Shown: positions 51,001 to 64,000 of the stretch, in pieces
Position numbering within the stretch: the first letter of the stretch is position 1
How the letters are laid out: every line of letters begins with the position of its first letter
DNA from: Octopus sinensis
Lineage: Eukaryota
DNA: 64,000 nt
Assembly (NCBI RefSeq): GCF_006345805.1
Contig: NW_021836125.1
Span: 183,315 to 247,314 of the forward strand
Reading direction: 5' to 3'
Position numbers and translations under genes: made by a program
Notes under the pieces: generated by a model
Told to the model about the DNA's origin: nothing
Seen by the model: the letters and a program-made list of their open reading frames with translations, nothing else
The model's database searches: none

Positions 51001-51947
51001 CAGCGGTTCTCAAATGCGGCCCCCGGGGCCGCATGTGGCCCCCAGGATTTTTTTTGCGGCCCCTCTAGAGTAACTAACTTTTTTAATTTTTTAATAATGT
51101 TTAAATTTAATTATTCATTCTTAAGGTTAAACATATCCATAATTAGTGATTTCATTAATCAATTTGAAGCACGTTTTGGGGTACATTTATATAAATTTAA
51201 TTTTTAGAATTTTAAAGAATTCCTTCCTTTAATGAAAATATTGACAACTCCATTCAGCGTGAAAATTAAGGATGCGCCTGCAAAGCCCCGGTGGCTGAAG
51301 ACTATGGATGTTGGAATTCAAACGTCGTGGGTTCGAATCCGATAGAACCAAGTTTTCAGCCGGGGTCAAATCTTGTCAACGTTCCCCACCCGTGAGGCGA
51401 CGAGTCCATCTGGCACGACACAGATGTCGAAAGGGGGACCTTCTACCTCCCCTGATCAAAATATCACAAAAAGTATAAATAAGTAAAAAAAAGGAGATTA
51501 AAGGAATAAAATCGAAAAATATCACAAAAATGATGAACTTTCAGATAATTAAATCATTAAAAGAAAATACATCTTGAATTATTCCTTAAAAATTAATAAT
51601 GGACGCATCGAGTTTGTTCCTTTAATCTCCTTTTTTACTTATTTCTATTTATATTTTTTGTGATATTTTTCGATTTTGTTCTTTTAATCTCCTTTTTTAC
51701 TTCGAAACATGATATATAACTGGCGGCATTGTTCAAAAATGCGTCCATTATTAATTTTTACGAATTAATACCTCAAGACAAATTCAAAAATATAACACAC
51801 AATGCATATATGAATCTACATATTTATGCGAATCAATATTTAGTAAAATGGAAAATATAAAAATATATAAAATAATTTTTGTGCGGCCCGCGAAGCTAAT
51901 CTTAATTATCGATTTGGCCCTTGAGCTCAAAAGGTTGAGAACCCCTG
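51001..51947. mobile_element. Non-autonomous hAT (Buster/Charlie-type) MITE
   Basis: TIRs CAG(C/G)GGTTCTCAA; TSD ATCTAAAC at 50993-51000 and 51948-51955; subterminal GCGGCC motifs. Confidence 0.92.
51285..51455 (+). mobile_element. tRNA-derived SINE-like sequence inside the MITE
   Basis: GCCCCGGTGGCTGAAG (A-box-like) and GGTTCGAATCC (B box, 51330-51340), followed by a GC-rich body. It does not fold into a complete cloverleaf. Confidence 0.55.
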
Positions 51948-52479
51948 ATCTAAACAATAGAGTGCTGAAGCGAATCTAAATACAAAGCAATACTTATTGA
52001 CAGATTTTTATTAATTTACTGCTTTTCAACTTTTTTATTGAAATCACCCATTATGTAAATTGCAACACTTTCAGTTCTACTTCCCCCACTTTAAACTTAA
52101 CGAAATCTCGGAATATTCGTCTGCCTGCCGTGCTTGGTGCTCACTTGATTTTCCCGCGAGTCTTTCAGTCCGAAGGGCTGGGACGAAATCTTTGGCGTAA
52201 ATAGTTATGCAAACTTTTTTCAAAGTCAGATCAACTTTAGCTGGCTTTACTAAACTGCCACATGTCAAGTTCATACTGGGACTGGCCTAAAGCACTCTCT
52301 TTCCAGCAAAGGATTACTACTGATTTGTATCTGCATACGCATGGGCGTCGTAAACTGAAAATTGTTGCTTACATGAATATTTTAAAGTTAAAAGAACGAA
52401 ATTTGATTCACTGCAAAGCTTTAATGGTTTAATAAATCCAAGATAATCCAAGAATAGAAGCTCATATGCAGTAATTTCA

Positions 52480-52950
52480 ATTTATATCTAAAACAAATAA
52501 GTCTCAATGATTATCGAAAAAAACAAGGCTCCAATTTAACTGGAGAAAAGATAATTAAACCAGCGGCTCTTGAAATAGCTCGAATTTTGACTATCTAATG
52601 ATTCAATTTCTGTAGAATTTGAAAATTGTCATGTGATGAACTGGGGGCAATTAAATAAACGAATCAATAAAAATAAATGTATGATAAGTATTCTGGACAA
52701 GTTACCGACATTTCTATCGTCTGTCAGATTATATCCTCTGTCAGATTATACGTTTACATTGTTGATCATGTGATATTATTGATGGGTTTTATTTGTTTGG
52801 AGACGGATGGACACACTCGTGGATCTTTAATTTTTGACAATTTTATAAAGACGAATAAAATGCAATGGGATATAAAATTGGATTTATATTTACTTATGGG
52901 GCACCTGCGATGGACAAATATGCACTTTTTCAAACATGTTATTTTTATAT
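52480..52950 (+). mobile_element. Old Buster/ZBED5-like hAT transposase remnant
   Basis: LTGEKIIKPAALEIARIL; GHTRGSLIFDNF; degenerate. Confidence 0.5.
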
Positions 52951-53039
52951 AATAAATAATCAAACATGTTCCAACCTGCCACTAACGAGGCCAAAAATTG
53001 TACGCTAATAGCAAAAAATGTTTATTTATTTAAGATGGT

Positions 53040-55900
53040 CCCCAATCTAAAAAAGGTTGATGAAAACCCGCTGATTGTAACGGGTAATTATAAAATTTGT
53101 AAAATATAAATATTCAAATTAATTAATATTTTTAGAATTAGATTTATAACCACGTTTTCCTGATAATTTGTTTTGTTGGATTTTTTATCGCATATATGGC
53201 ATGTTCATATCGACGAATGAATCATCTGAATATGCAACTTATTTTCTGATTGCAACTCTCATTATATATATTTTGAGATACTTATCAAGATACACTTTCG
53301 AGGTTTCAAAAAATCTAGAGTCCCTATTTTATCTAAATGGTCCCTGTCAGATTTTACAATCCGACAATGGGACAGAATCACAGAATTCAAAATGACATTC
53401 GGGTACTTTGCGAGAAGTTCAAAATTCAACATATCCACGACAGACCTAATAACCCTAGAATCTAGGGTTTCTCAAGTTTTTGAACGTCGGGCCAAATCGA
53501 TAATTAACCATTGTCTTCGGGGCCGCAGAATAAATTAAATTAAAACTTTCATTAAACTTTTAACTAATTTTTTTTTAGATTCATTTTTTATTCAGAACCG
53601 AGATAGTTAGTCTTAATTAATAAAGGAAAATGACTAAAACGAAAAATTGTTAACTAAAACGAAAAATTGTTAGCTATTTTAACTAATTGTTAACTAATTT
53701 GTCATAACACGGAATATAGGAGGCACATGTAGATCGCAAAAGCTGGCATAAGTGATATCAGTCAATTATTTCGATATTTATTTTATGTGAATCATTTACT
53801 GAAAATTGACTCACATAAATAAGTGGATCCGAACATTGAAGCATATTTATAAGCATTTATGAGTATATTCGGATATTTTCTTTGGGAAGTGAACTATAAA
53901 ATTCCATTAAATTTTCAATCTTTTGCACTGAGGTAAATTGCACATCTGATTGAAGGTCTATCAATTCTAATTGGAGGAGTGATGGCGGAGCATTCTTAGG
54001 ATCTATATTGAATGGTGCTGCAAAAATTTTCATTGATGGCAAAATTTCATCAAAATTCTTAAAATAAACTAAATTTTAATAAACCTTAGAACGTTTTTCA
54101 AATTCAAACAATAAGGTGACTGATAATGGTAGTATATTTTTCAAATGAAACCGTTAGCTTTATTTTCACTCAAACAAGTAAAATGAATGTATCTTTGAGC
54201 ATTATTTGATCCCTCCAAAGTTTTAATTTTGATATAAAAGAAGCAATAGATCCATAGAGTTGATGGCAAAATTTATATTTCCCCTGTAATTCACAATTTA
54301 ACGACGATAAATGAGAGGTTAGATCTACCCAAAAAGCTAAATCGGCAATCCACTCTTTACTGCTCAACAAATCATGGTATTTGTGGTCTTTAACAAATTC
54401 TCTTATTTGAGGGAGTAGTTCATAAAATCTAACTTCTATTCAAGCAAATATACCTTTTGAGGCACGCGGCACGACTCAACCATCGAACAGTGGTATGGTA
54501 AAGCACATCATTATGCACTGTGTCAATTTTCCACTAACATTTTTTTAAATCTCCTGTGATTGAGAGATTTACCGCGTATCCAATTCACAATGGACAAACA
54601 CCGTACTTATTACATTTTGCATTTTAAGTGATTTGCGATTATATTCTCCTGATGAATGATACAATGTTGCCAAAATATAGGATCAAGATTTTTTTCAAGT
54701 CTCCATTCTGAATAAAGTCCATGAAACCCTTTATACGACCAATCATATTCGCCCCCCCATCAGTACATATGGAAATTATTTTGGAAGGATCAATGTCAAA
54801 TTCTTTAATACTTTCAAGGAATTCGTTAAGTACATCCATTCCTTTGTAGTGCCTTTAATGAACGAAGAGAAAAAAAATTCTTCAGAAATTTTAAAATCCG
54901 AAGTGACACCTCTAATGCATACGACCATTTGTTCGGTATCAGAGATATCTTTACTCGTGTCGACAGCAAAAGAATGATATAAAAAATCTTTCGATGTTCT
55001 ATAAAAATTATTTTTAATATAGTAAAGAACTTGATTAGCTGACGGGCAAGGTCCTCAAAAATACATTCTATTCTTCTTGTAATAGTATCATTACTTAATG
55101 GTAATCGTTTGCAATATTTTGTATATTTGACGGACAAACATTCATCACAAAAAATGGAAATAGCAGTTTTAATAATTCTCCGTCAGAATAAGGTTTCATA
55201 TTACAGCAAGAAGGTGGCTAATTTTATAAGACGTTAATAACTGATGCTTATTTTCCACTGGTTTAAATATTGAGGACTGATTTTTAAATGACGTCTTTAA
55301 TATATTGAGTTTTTTTTTCTTGACTCTCCGAGATATAAATTGTATATTTCGGAGTGCTTCTTATAATGACGTTCAATAGTATAATTTTCAATGAATTAAT
55401 GACACAGTTGCATATCAAACAAACAGCTTTACCATTCAGTTCAACGAAAAAAAACTTTTCTTCCCATTCAATTTGAAATCTCTATTTTCTTGAGATAATG
55501 TTCGATATTTCTTTGATGGCATGAAAAAATACTCAACCTGAAATATATTTACAAACACGTGTAGTTAAAATATTATCTTTAATAATATTAATTTACAATT
55601 AATTTTATATCCAAATTTATTTTAAAGTTTGGAAGTCGGGGCCGCAAAAAAGATTCTCGGGGCCGCATGCGGCCGAGGGCCGCACTTGAGAACCCCTGCC
55701 CTAGATCACAGGTTATCTTATGGAATACATTTTTTTGTAGGGTATAGTCAAACGCTTTAATCAGAAAATTACGAGATCACTATCGAAGTTGAAGTTCCTT
55801 AGTGAAAATAAATGGGTCTCCATTATTGAATATTCTGTGTATTGCTACAATAAACGATCCATTCATTTTCGAATGAGACCCCATTCAAGCGTTATCGAGG
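53040..55900 (+). mobile_element. Ginger-like integrase remnant split by a hAT insertion
   Basis: GPCQILQSDNGTE; removing the hAT restores NNP|RSQG..VKRFNQKITRSLSK. Confidence 0.7.
53462..55698 (-). mobile_element. Decayed Buster/Charlie-type hAT transposon
   Basis: Right TIR TTGAGAACCCCTG and degenerate left TIR CTAGGGTTTCTCAAG; TSD CCCTAGA(A)T. Fragments PLSNDTITRRI, SICTDGGANMIG, WIADLAFWVDLTSHL, LQLELIDLQSD. Confidence 0.85.
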
Positions 55901-56439
55901 AATTATAGGAACAAATCTGTTACCGATCATGGAATCTGTAGAAAGTGGCATATTTTAAGTAACCTGAAGAATCGTCAGCAGAAACATCTTTTAATTTCGA
56001 AATACATCCGATCGGTGGTGATGATCAAGACATTTATTTCTAGACAATAGATCTTGAAATCATCAGACTAGAAACAATCATTATCCTTCCAACGGACTTC
56101 ACTGACCATGTCAATATTTAAGTGACGCATTTCAGATGTAACAATATCTAATTTACCAATACTAATTTTCTTACATTCCACGTTGCAATATTAAGATGAT
56201 ACGAACACTAGTAGAAAAAGGATTAAAGTTTTTAACTATCCGGACAGGAGGATTTGTGAACGATGATAGCAAAAGAGAAAAGCGCCACATTTGATCTTTT
56301 TCTAAATGTAGAAAAACCAAAATAGTGGGAACTCATTATCTGGAAAATAAGAGTTATCTTCAATAACAAAAAAATAGAATGTGCTGGAAACAATATCTTT
56401 ATTGGTATTCTGATAACTATAATGGTGGTTGTGTCTCGG

Positions 56440-57720
56440 AAATCAATAGACGGATAGCCATGTGCAGAAATACGGTGATAAAGCTAAATAGGATCTGGAA
56501 TAGCAAGGATTCTGTCTTAAGACAAAGATAAAATTTGTCAACGCGATTGTGTTCCCAGTCTTTCTCTATGTCAGCGGTTCTCAACCTGAAACCAATTCTA
56601 CATAAAACGTTAAATATAGTTATTAAAACTATCAACGAAATTAATTAAAACAGCAAGTATGATCGTCTTTTTAGAAAATTTTGCTATGAGGCTAAAGAAG
56701 CATGTCCGTCTTGTGCTTAACACTGAGGTTATACTTTCCAATTTTATTTATAGGTGGTGGGAGGTTATCAAATGGAAATGCATTAGAACGATTTTTAATA
56801 TTATTTGACACAATCGTAAATTTTCAACTTCGAGGGTGACAAAAATTTAGCAGATTTAATTGTATCGAAAAAGAAAGAAATTGTTTATTGACGTTGATTT
56901 TTGGAAAATTTAATGAAATTTCATTAGAACTTCAGGGAAAGTATGTGACATTAATGGAACGAAATAGCATAATTGCTACTTTATTTTCCGACACCATACT
57001 GTGTTGAATATGGATTTAGATCGAATCTTTGGTCAAAAAACATCAGTCACAGGGGTTCCCATTGGTATTTAATTGTTATTTATTATAGATTTATGCTAAA
57101 ATACTAACTTAACATCGAGTTTTTTCATTGAGTTTTGTTTGATTGATTATTAATAATGAATTCATTTTAGATAGGTAGTTAACTAATTTTACTTAGTATT
57201 GTCTATTGTATATAAAATATTACTTAGTATTGTCTGTTGTATATAAAATTTTTTAAGGGGGTCGATTAAATATTAGGAGGGTCAAAAAAAATCAAGGGAT
57301 CGACGAATAAAAAAGGTTGAGAACCCCTGCTCTATGTGATGATGAATGTGGGCATTGTCCAAAGCAGTAAGCAGTAGAGTGGATTTATTCGAATTATGAT
57401 TTATTCTTTTGAAAGTAAATTGGTACGACAAAGTATCAGATGACAAAGTTCTCTCAAAATTAAACTATCATTGTCGCTCGTGACGAAAATATGGAAAAAA
57501 TTATCATACCTGGGACACGTACTTCGGTGGGATGGTATAGAAAAGATAATCTTCTTATCTATGTTTACATGAAAGAGAAAGCCAAGAAAGCCAAAATTAA
57601 ATTGGATATCACAAGCCGTTAAATAGCCGTACATCATTTTTTGGAGATTGTAGAGCTGGTTAAAGACAGGAATTCGTGGATTAATAAAATTCAAATGGCC
57701 GGAATCGGCTGAATATGGCC
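56440..57720 (+). mobile_element. RTE LINE C-terminal remnant split by a hAT MITE
   Basis: KIKFVNAIVFPVFLY| on the left and LKVNWYDKVSDDKVL..LSYLGHVLRWDG on the right. Confidence 0.75.
56572..57329. mobile_element. Non-autonomous hAT MITE
   Basis: TIRs CAG(C/G)GGTTCTCAACC; TSD CTCTATGT at 56564-56571 and 57330-57337. Confidence 0.92.
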
Positions 57721-58299
57721 TAGATTAACCTAACTTATATCAGATTATGTTGCAGAACAGGCGGTAACTTTTTGGGGGTTGTCCACAAAATTTTGATTCA
57801 TCTGACAGAATGCATTGTTCCATGGCCTGGTAGACAGGTGCAGTTTGATCCGTTTTTATGAGGTAGCAAATAGCCTTCAACGACCGTATAAACACATTCA
57901 AGGAGATATAATTATCATTCATTTACTTATATTTCATTAAACTTCCAATATCTTTTCTGTTCATTGGTTTTTGTATTGAATAATGAGTTAAGTAGTCCTT
58001 AAACATTTTCATATACCAGATTAAAAATTTTAAGGCAAAGCTATGATTTAAAATGACGCATTCCTTAAAATTGATACATTAAGTGTAAATTGATAAATTA
58101 AAAGTACCCGAAGGTTTAAAAATCGCACTAAAACTTTTAAGGTCAAAATATTTGGCTTATTTTGTGATGTCACAAATATTAATGATTTCATTTTAATAAT
58201 GTACCAATTAATTTTGAATGATAAATTATAATTAATATGATAAATCTTAATATATTAACTCGGAGAATTCCTAGAATATTATTGTTATCGGACGCTTGT

Positions 58300-60472
58300 A
58301 TGGAAAAAACTGCAGATTCGAATATGTATCATCAAACTATTGCACACGGAATGTTTGTCGTAAGTTTAATACTAATTTTATCTTACTTAGATCCCTAATC
58401 AAAAACACGCCCTAATTTATTCTTCTCGATAAAAGCACTCAATCTAAGAAGAAAATACATCATATTGTCTTCTCAAAAGTACAGTTTTGCCACCGAAAAT
58501 TTCCTTTGCAAAAATAATTACATTGACCAAATCTATGAGCAGCGGGTTGAAAATAATACACGAATACTGCCGCTAAGTACAGATTTTCATTAAATTGTAA
58601 GATACTTCAGATCTTCATTTAAAAATGAAAAATGGGATTATCGGTATCTTCGACAAAAAACTCGAAGAATATTTTTGACTTATTTCGTACAAGGAATTTG
58701 TATCTGATCTCGAATACATTCAGTCTCTCGTCGAAAACGGAACACTGTATCAAATAAATTAGAAATTGTTTTTCAGTAAAACCTACTGTCACAAACGATT
58801 TCAGTATCTCCAATCCAAGTACTCACTTCACGTCTTGATGAACGATTCTATCGAATCTCTAGAAAGCAAGGGCACTAGTCACAGAGACCTCTACAACATC
58901 AGAAAGGCTTATATATGTTTATTATTTCATTATTCAGGTGGACACCCATATACACTGTGCGTCTGCTATGAATCAAAAACATTTACTTAACTTTATAAAG
59001 AGGAAATTACCTCGTGTCTGATATGAAAGTATATCTCGATTCGAATGGGAAAGTTTCTACTCTCCAAGATATCTTTGACGAACTCAACCTGACTGCTTAT
59101 GATTTAAACATCGACCTTCTTGACATGCGAGCCGTAGTCTGCTATATTCAGTTTTAGGATAAAACTTTTCATCGTTTTGATAAATTTTCAAAAAAATATA
59201 ATCCAATAGGGAAGAGCAAACTGCGTGAAATATTCTTAAAATATAACAACTACAAACAAAGGAAATTATTTGCTGACCTGATTAAAGTATGTTTTGGTAA
59301 TTTTTATAAAAACACAGGAGGTTATATGTTACTTGGAGGAAGAAAAATACAATTGGCGGAATTTCGTCTTTCTATTTACGGAAAATCATATGACGAGTGG
59401 GATATTTTTGGCAAGGTGGTTCTTCATAATAAAATGGAGTCCAAAAATGTACGCTGGATGATTCAAATTCCAAGAATATAGTTTTAAAATTTTAATTTTT
59501 TCTAGCGACGCTCTCCGGTCTTCGAACATTCTGGATAACTTTTGGTCAAATGATTAATAATATTTTATGCCGCTGTTTGAAGTCACTTTAAATCCTGACA
59601 GTCATCCAGAACTACACAGGTCATTCATTTGGTGAATTTCAAATCATTTAATATAATTGTAGATCAGTGGATTTGACTCTGTAGACGACGAAGCCAAAAC
59701 TGTTTTTGACTTTTTGGCCAATTCTACAGTAACTCCAGAGGAGTATAATTCCTTTAAAAATCCAGCATATATGTACTACCTCTTCTTTATGTACTCCAAT
59801 ATTTCTACTCTCAATTCTCTTCGAAAAAATTTAAATCTTTCAACTTTTAACTTTCGGCCACATTGTGGTGATCTGGAAACCCTTTGAACCTTTGCACAAG
59901 TTTTTTATTAGCCGAAAATATTTCTCATGGCCTTTATTAAACAAGGTTTTCCGCTATAATATGTTGATAGGTCCCTGTTGTTAAATATCTTTTCTATTTG
60001 TCACAGATTGGGATAGCAATGTCCCAATGAGCAACAATGCTTTAGTCAAAAAATATAGCAATCATCCATTCAGAAAGTTTTTTGACGAGGGAATGTGTGT
60101 CTCACTATCTACAGATGATCCACTCATGCTTCATCTTACTAAGGTAGGTCTCAAAATGTAATTATCCAAGGATTCTCTCATGAAGAATACAGTTAGCCTC
60201 TCAAGTGTGGAAACTGAGTCTTGTTGATTTGTGCGAAAAATAGCTCTTAATAGCATTATATATTGTGGTTTTTCGGATCAGGTATCTGTAGTTGTAGAAT
60301 CTGTTAGCTCAAACGTGAGTGGGGAGTAACGGTTTGCTCAGATGGGACAATCAATAGTAAAATTGAATTGACAAGCGTACCTACTACTCGTATACACTAC
60401 AGACATTCTTGTCTAAAGGACGAATTAGACATATTAAATATTCAGTCAGATAAGTCAAATAATCTAGACTAA
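58300..60472 (+). CDS. AMPD: AMP deaminase; many micro-introns, several homopolymer frameshifts
   Basis: [25 protein letters not shown]|[57 protein letters not shown]. Start is approximate. Confidence 0.92.
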
Positions 60473-60489
60473 TCATTTTTAACTTACTA

Positions 60490-60780
60490 TCTTATAATAA
60501 AATAATTTGTTGTCTATGTGTGGACAACAACCTAAAATTAGTTAAAACACAGTAATTGTGAAAATCCTTTCCCTTATAATTAGTCAATAATGGGGCAAGT
60601 CAAAAATGATAAAGTCCTCCAAGAATCTTCCAACTAAAAATCTAACATATCAAGAATATCCTCGATGATGTCCTTAAAACTTTTCCGCCAAGAAAATTAA
60701 AGAATATTTTCTGCATTTTGGTTAAAATGAACACCAACTATGTCCTCAATCACATGATGAGGTCTAAACATGTCTTTTTG
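60490..60780 (+). mobile_element. Helitron-family 5' fragment with a single copy of the array unit
   Basis: A|TCTTATAATAAAA terminus; GATGTCCTTAAAACTTTTCCGCCAAG...TTCTGCATTTTGGTTAAAATGAACA. Confidence 0.75.
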
Positions 60781-61351
60781 CGTCTGCGACTGAAGCAGGC
60801 ACAGCGGCAACGAAACAGGAGATTCACAAAACAAATAATACGGGATCTTTATTGGAAAGATTCTTCTTTGAACCTGTGTCTGTGGAAAACTTCAGGCACA
60901 CTAGCAGCATCGACACTACGTTTCCTCACCGAGAGAGACCGCCATCTCGGAAAAACTGTAAAAAACCTCCGCGAGCTCAATCGGCTTTTTGAGCGTGTCT
61001 CAATAAGTGCTTTTAGAGGAACTCTTTCTCAATTCTCTCTACGGCTAGTAGATGATTGTTTTGGTTTCTTGTTTTGCTGATTAAAAAAGTTATTTCAATT
61101 AATCAATTTAACATTATCGACCAGTGATTGAGATGTAATTAGTTAAAAAATCATAGAATAGAATGTTGTTTATTGATCAGAGAAAACAGGAAACCAAAAA
61201 AAACAAGGAAAGATTGCTAACGAGGAGATTAAACGAAACATCATAGTGTCTCTTTAATCCGTATTCCCACTTATTGTCGATGTCGACAACCTTTCTCCAA
61301 GACCATCCAGATCGTGGGCACAGAAGATTCTACGAGCTTTCTAGCCTGGCG

Positions 61352-61600
61352 TCAACTTGTACTCCATAAGCCAGATTCAATGCGAAACGTCTTGTTTTTT
61401 CCAACTGTTCGACAAAGGTAGCCACTCTTCCATGGTATATTAATAGACGTGTAGCCTTCAAATTTCACTTTCATTGCTTCCTTCAGCTTACTCTCATTAA
61501 TGTCAGACTTCGCTGAGGATAGGAGGAGCCTCAGCTCCGGTGCCCGTTTCGCAAGCGAGCGGGCATTCGTGATCGTTAGTACGATCAATCCTTTCGCCGT
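61352..61600 (-). mobile_element. LINE apurinic-endonuclease N-terminal remnant
   Basis: IVLTITNARSLAKRAPELRLLL..INESKL..FEGY. Confidence 0.65.
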
Positions 61601-62619
61601 CGGTGACTGACCTCCCGAGGAAGCGCCGCCACCTTGGCTAAAGGAGGCGTATCAATGGTTGCCTTTCCAGACATTTCGAGGGTTGCCCCTCTATCAAGTC
61701 CAGAGTTTCACTTGACTTGGCTTCCTTTTGGTCGTTCTTGTTGCGGCGCCCATTTTCACATTGCTCACTTTCTGTGGAATACAGATCAGATCTGTTTGCA
61801 TGCCAATTCGACAGTCATCGGCAATCCAATGAACTCAGCGTTCGTCGTACACCAACATCAGAGACATTCGGAACAGTTCGTTTCTTAAAAAAATCATAAA
61901 TCTCTGTAAATGGGGGGGTTTATCTCCCTTCGTCGTTTCAAGTGTTTCCGGAGAATGATGAGCATTACATAAACGCAGAAGAGAAAAGGCACAGCAAGGA
62001 AGAATACCTAAGGAAACCAGTTTGCTCGGTCAGAAACTGTGTTGGCTCAAAAATCCAACACATAGAAAAGCTGAGACCTTCCTTGGGTTGTCTGGATTAC
62101 CTAATTATTTTTTTTAATTAACTTGGGCCCATTATTATTTGCCCTTTCGTGGATTTTATTGCCCGTAAGAATTTGTCGCCTTGAAGATTGGTATTTGGAT
62201 GATTGTACTATTGGTGGTCGCCCGATATTTTGATAAAGGACTTGGAATCTCTAATCCCAGCTTGTCATCCATTGGTCTGAAATTAATTCTCTCAAATTTG
62301 AAATCGTAAATGTTAACATCGATCGTGTTAGTTTCAAAACATTTTTTCTCAGTTTCGAGGCATTTTGCCCGATCTGAGACATACTTCCACTGCTGATCTC
62401 GAAATTCTGGGTGCTCTCCGATCTACGACCAATCCGCCATCCGTATTCTTAATACAAGAGGAATGCCCTTTTCTTCCTTTGTGATAAACTTGCAGATATT
62501 GATCCCCACCCTGCTTATTTCATTCTCAAAAATTATCTTCTGATCCCGAAAATCAATTAGGTCTAAGGAGTTCCCGCTGCTTTTCTATTCATATTGCCTT
62601 GGATTCTTCGACGCTCTGG

Positions 62620-63604
62620 TGCGTTCTTCCGCTGAGAAGATTTTTAATGTCAAGTTTGATGACGTTGGTTGGTGTCAGGCCAACTTCCTGTATCCTTTGG
62701 CGGTTCTGGGCTTCGCTCCGCGCTCGACCCTTTCTCTCCCGCTTTCCTTTCATTTCTTCAGGATTGTATCTTCTTGTCCACAAGATTCTTGTAAAATCAC
62801 CCGAATCAAACTTTGGGACTCTGATATCAATTCTGCACTTTTACTTTGGAAGGAAAAGGATTCGTCTTACCGTCGGAACGATCTCTCCAACGTGAATGGG
62901 ACAAAATTATTTGTGAATATTACGTTGACTCGTTGGAGCGTCTCTCGGACCAGCACAGACTAGCTTGCTTCCGTGCCAGTCGCCAACCGTATTCTGGCTC
63001 CTGGCTAACTGCTTTCACGACCCATTTGGATACCGGTGTGATCAACGATGGACACATACGGGCTCCATGCCCTTTCTGCAAGAAAAGCGCAGGTCGCATA
63101 CCTCGTCATTCGGCTCTTAACCAAGATCATTCTCCAAGCCCTCGAAAAGGCAGGGTATCCTTCTGTCCTTGAGCCCATGGTCTTGACCGTTGGTGATGGA
63201 AAAAGGCTGATGGCTCGACGTTGTTCGCTTCGACACTGGTAAACACTAGCTTGGGATGGCCACGTGTGTTGATCCTTCTCTAAGTCTGCCATCAACGAAT
63301 CCGCCTCTTGCCCGGGTCCCGTGCTAAAATAGGGTGAATATAACAAAATCCGAAAAATACCAGGGCTTGTTAGACGGCTTTTGTTTTGGCCAATTGTTGT
63401 TGAGACTCGTGCGTCTTGGCACAAAGACAGTTGATCATCTGAAGAAACTTGGCCACCTCTGTTCACTTACGCTCCAAGGATCCTAGGGAATTTACATTCC
63501 TAATCCAAAGGATCCTGTTGGCCTTGTGCGTGGGAACAGCTGTTCCATCCGGCTTGCTGGCCCGATTAATTCTGATTAATTTAACTTTCGTCCAAAAAAA
63601 AAAT
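62620..63604 (+). mobile_element. Decayed CRE-like retrotransposon 3' part with short A tail
   Basis: CFRASRQPYSGSWLTAF, DTYGLHALS, EKAGYPSVLEP..GDGKR, FWPIVVETR; A-run at about 63594-63604. Confidence 0.8.
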
Positions 63605-63639
63605 TGATATCACTGTTGGCGATTTTGGATAAATAAAAA

Positions 63640-64000
63640 AGACCTGGACAGAGTGTGCAATTACAGATTTTGAAGAATACTTTAATGTTATAATTCGCAC
63701 AATCATTAACACAATTGACCACCAATTGACAGCGCAATTAGAAGATATTTTCGTAGAAATATAAACTATCTATTTAAGTTTTTCGTAAAAATACAATTTA
63801 TTTTCAAGCAAATATTCGGTGAATTTTCAAATTCCTTAGACTTCTCTGAAATGCCGAATCATTTTAAAAGTTAAAGATGGGCGTTCTAGTGATTTATTAA
63901 GAAAACTTGTGTGACCTCAATTATGCAACGGAGCGAGGTTAGTTATAAAAATTTGATTGCTAACTTAATAGAAGCGACGATATTAACAGGTAAGTATAGA
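63640..64000 (+). mobile_element. Second Helitron derivative (shared block plus PIF1 fragment), runs off the window
   Basis: Similar to 22860-23150 and 23570-23740 (GAAATGCCGAATCATTTT..GATATTAACAGGTAAGTATAGA). Confidence 0.85.

Noticed and set aside
51285-51345. tRNA-Sec or another functional tRNA (TTCAAA present, EEFSEC in the window)
   Set aside because: The acceptor and anticodon stems do not pair, and it lies inside a MITE. It is treated as a SINE-like head.
59850-60260. Recurrent single-base frameshifts in AMPD (also NUP160, the CTPS-like 3' part, BCL7-like) as insertional RNA editing, programmed frameshifting or pseudogenisation
   Set aside because: The AMPD cases examined are all one-base shortenings of runs (GG, CCCC, AA, TTTT) of any nucleotide, the signature of long-read consensus error. 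RNA versus DNA reads would settle it.

Overview
AT-rich, non-bacterial eukaryotic genomic DNA. The host genes are animal-like and are split by many extremely short spliceosomal introns (those traced are mostly 22-37 nt, one about 50). This fits a genome-reduced invertebrate parasite such as a dicyemid or orthonectid mesozoan or a myxozoan; the organism call is inference only. Recognisable host genes: EEFSEC (partial), NUP160, a minimal BCL7-like gene, GCN1, HSP90B1/GRP94, TTLL1, CENPI, a group I PAK, HINT1, a CTP-synthase-like gene and AMP deaminase. Between them lies a dense, often nested set of mobile elements: pogo/Tigger, Tc1, Buster/Charlie-type hAT elements and MITEs, a Ginger2/TDD-type element, a Merlin element, Helitron derivatives (one carrying a ~95-bp x16 array), CRE-, R4-, RTE- and other LINE-type retroelements, and a tRNA-derived SINE-like sequence. 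The most striking observation is the CTP-synthase-like gene (44960-46811, minus strand). It keeps an open, cleanly spliced synthetase half that has lost essentially every ATP/UTP/Mg-binding motif, while its glutaminase Cys-His-Glu triad is intact, making it a candidate pseudo-synthetase. Second is that DNA transposons here carry host-type micro-introns. Scattered single-base frameshifts in homopolymers look like long-read consensus errors, so exon boundaries are approximate.
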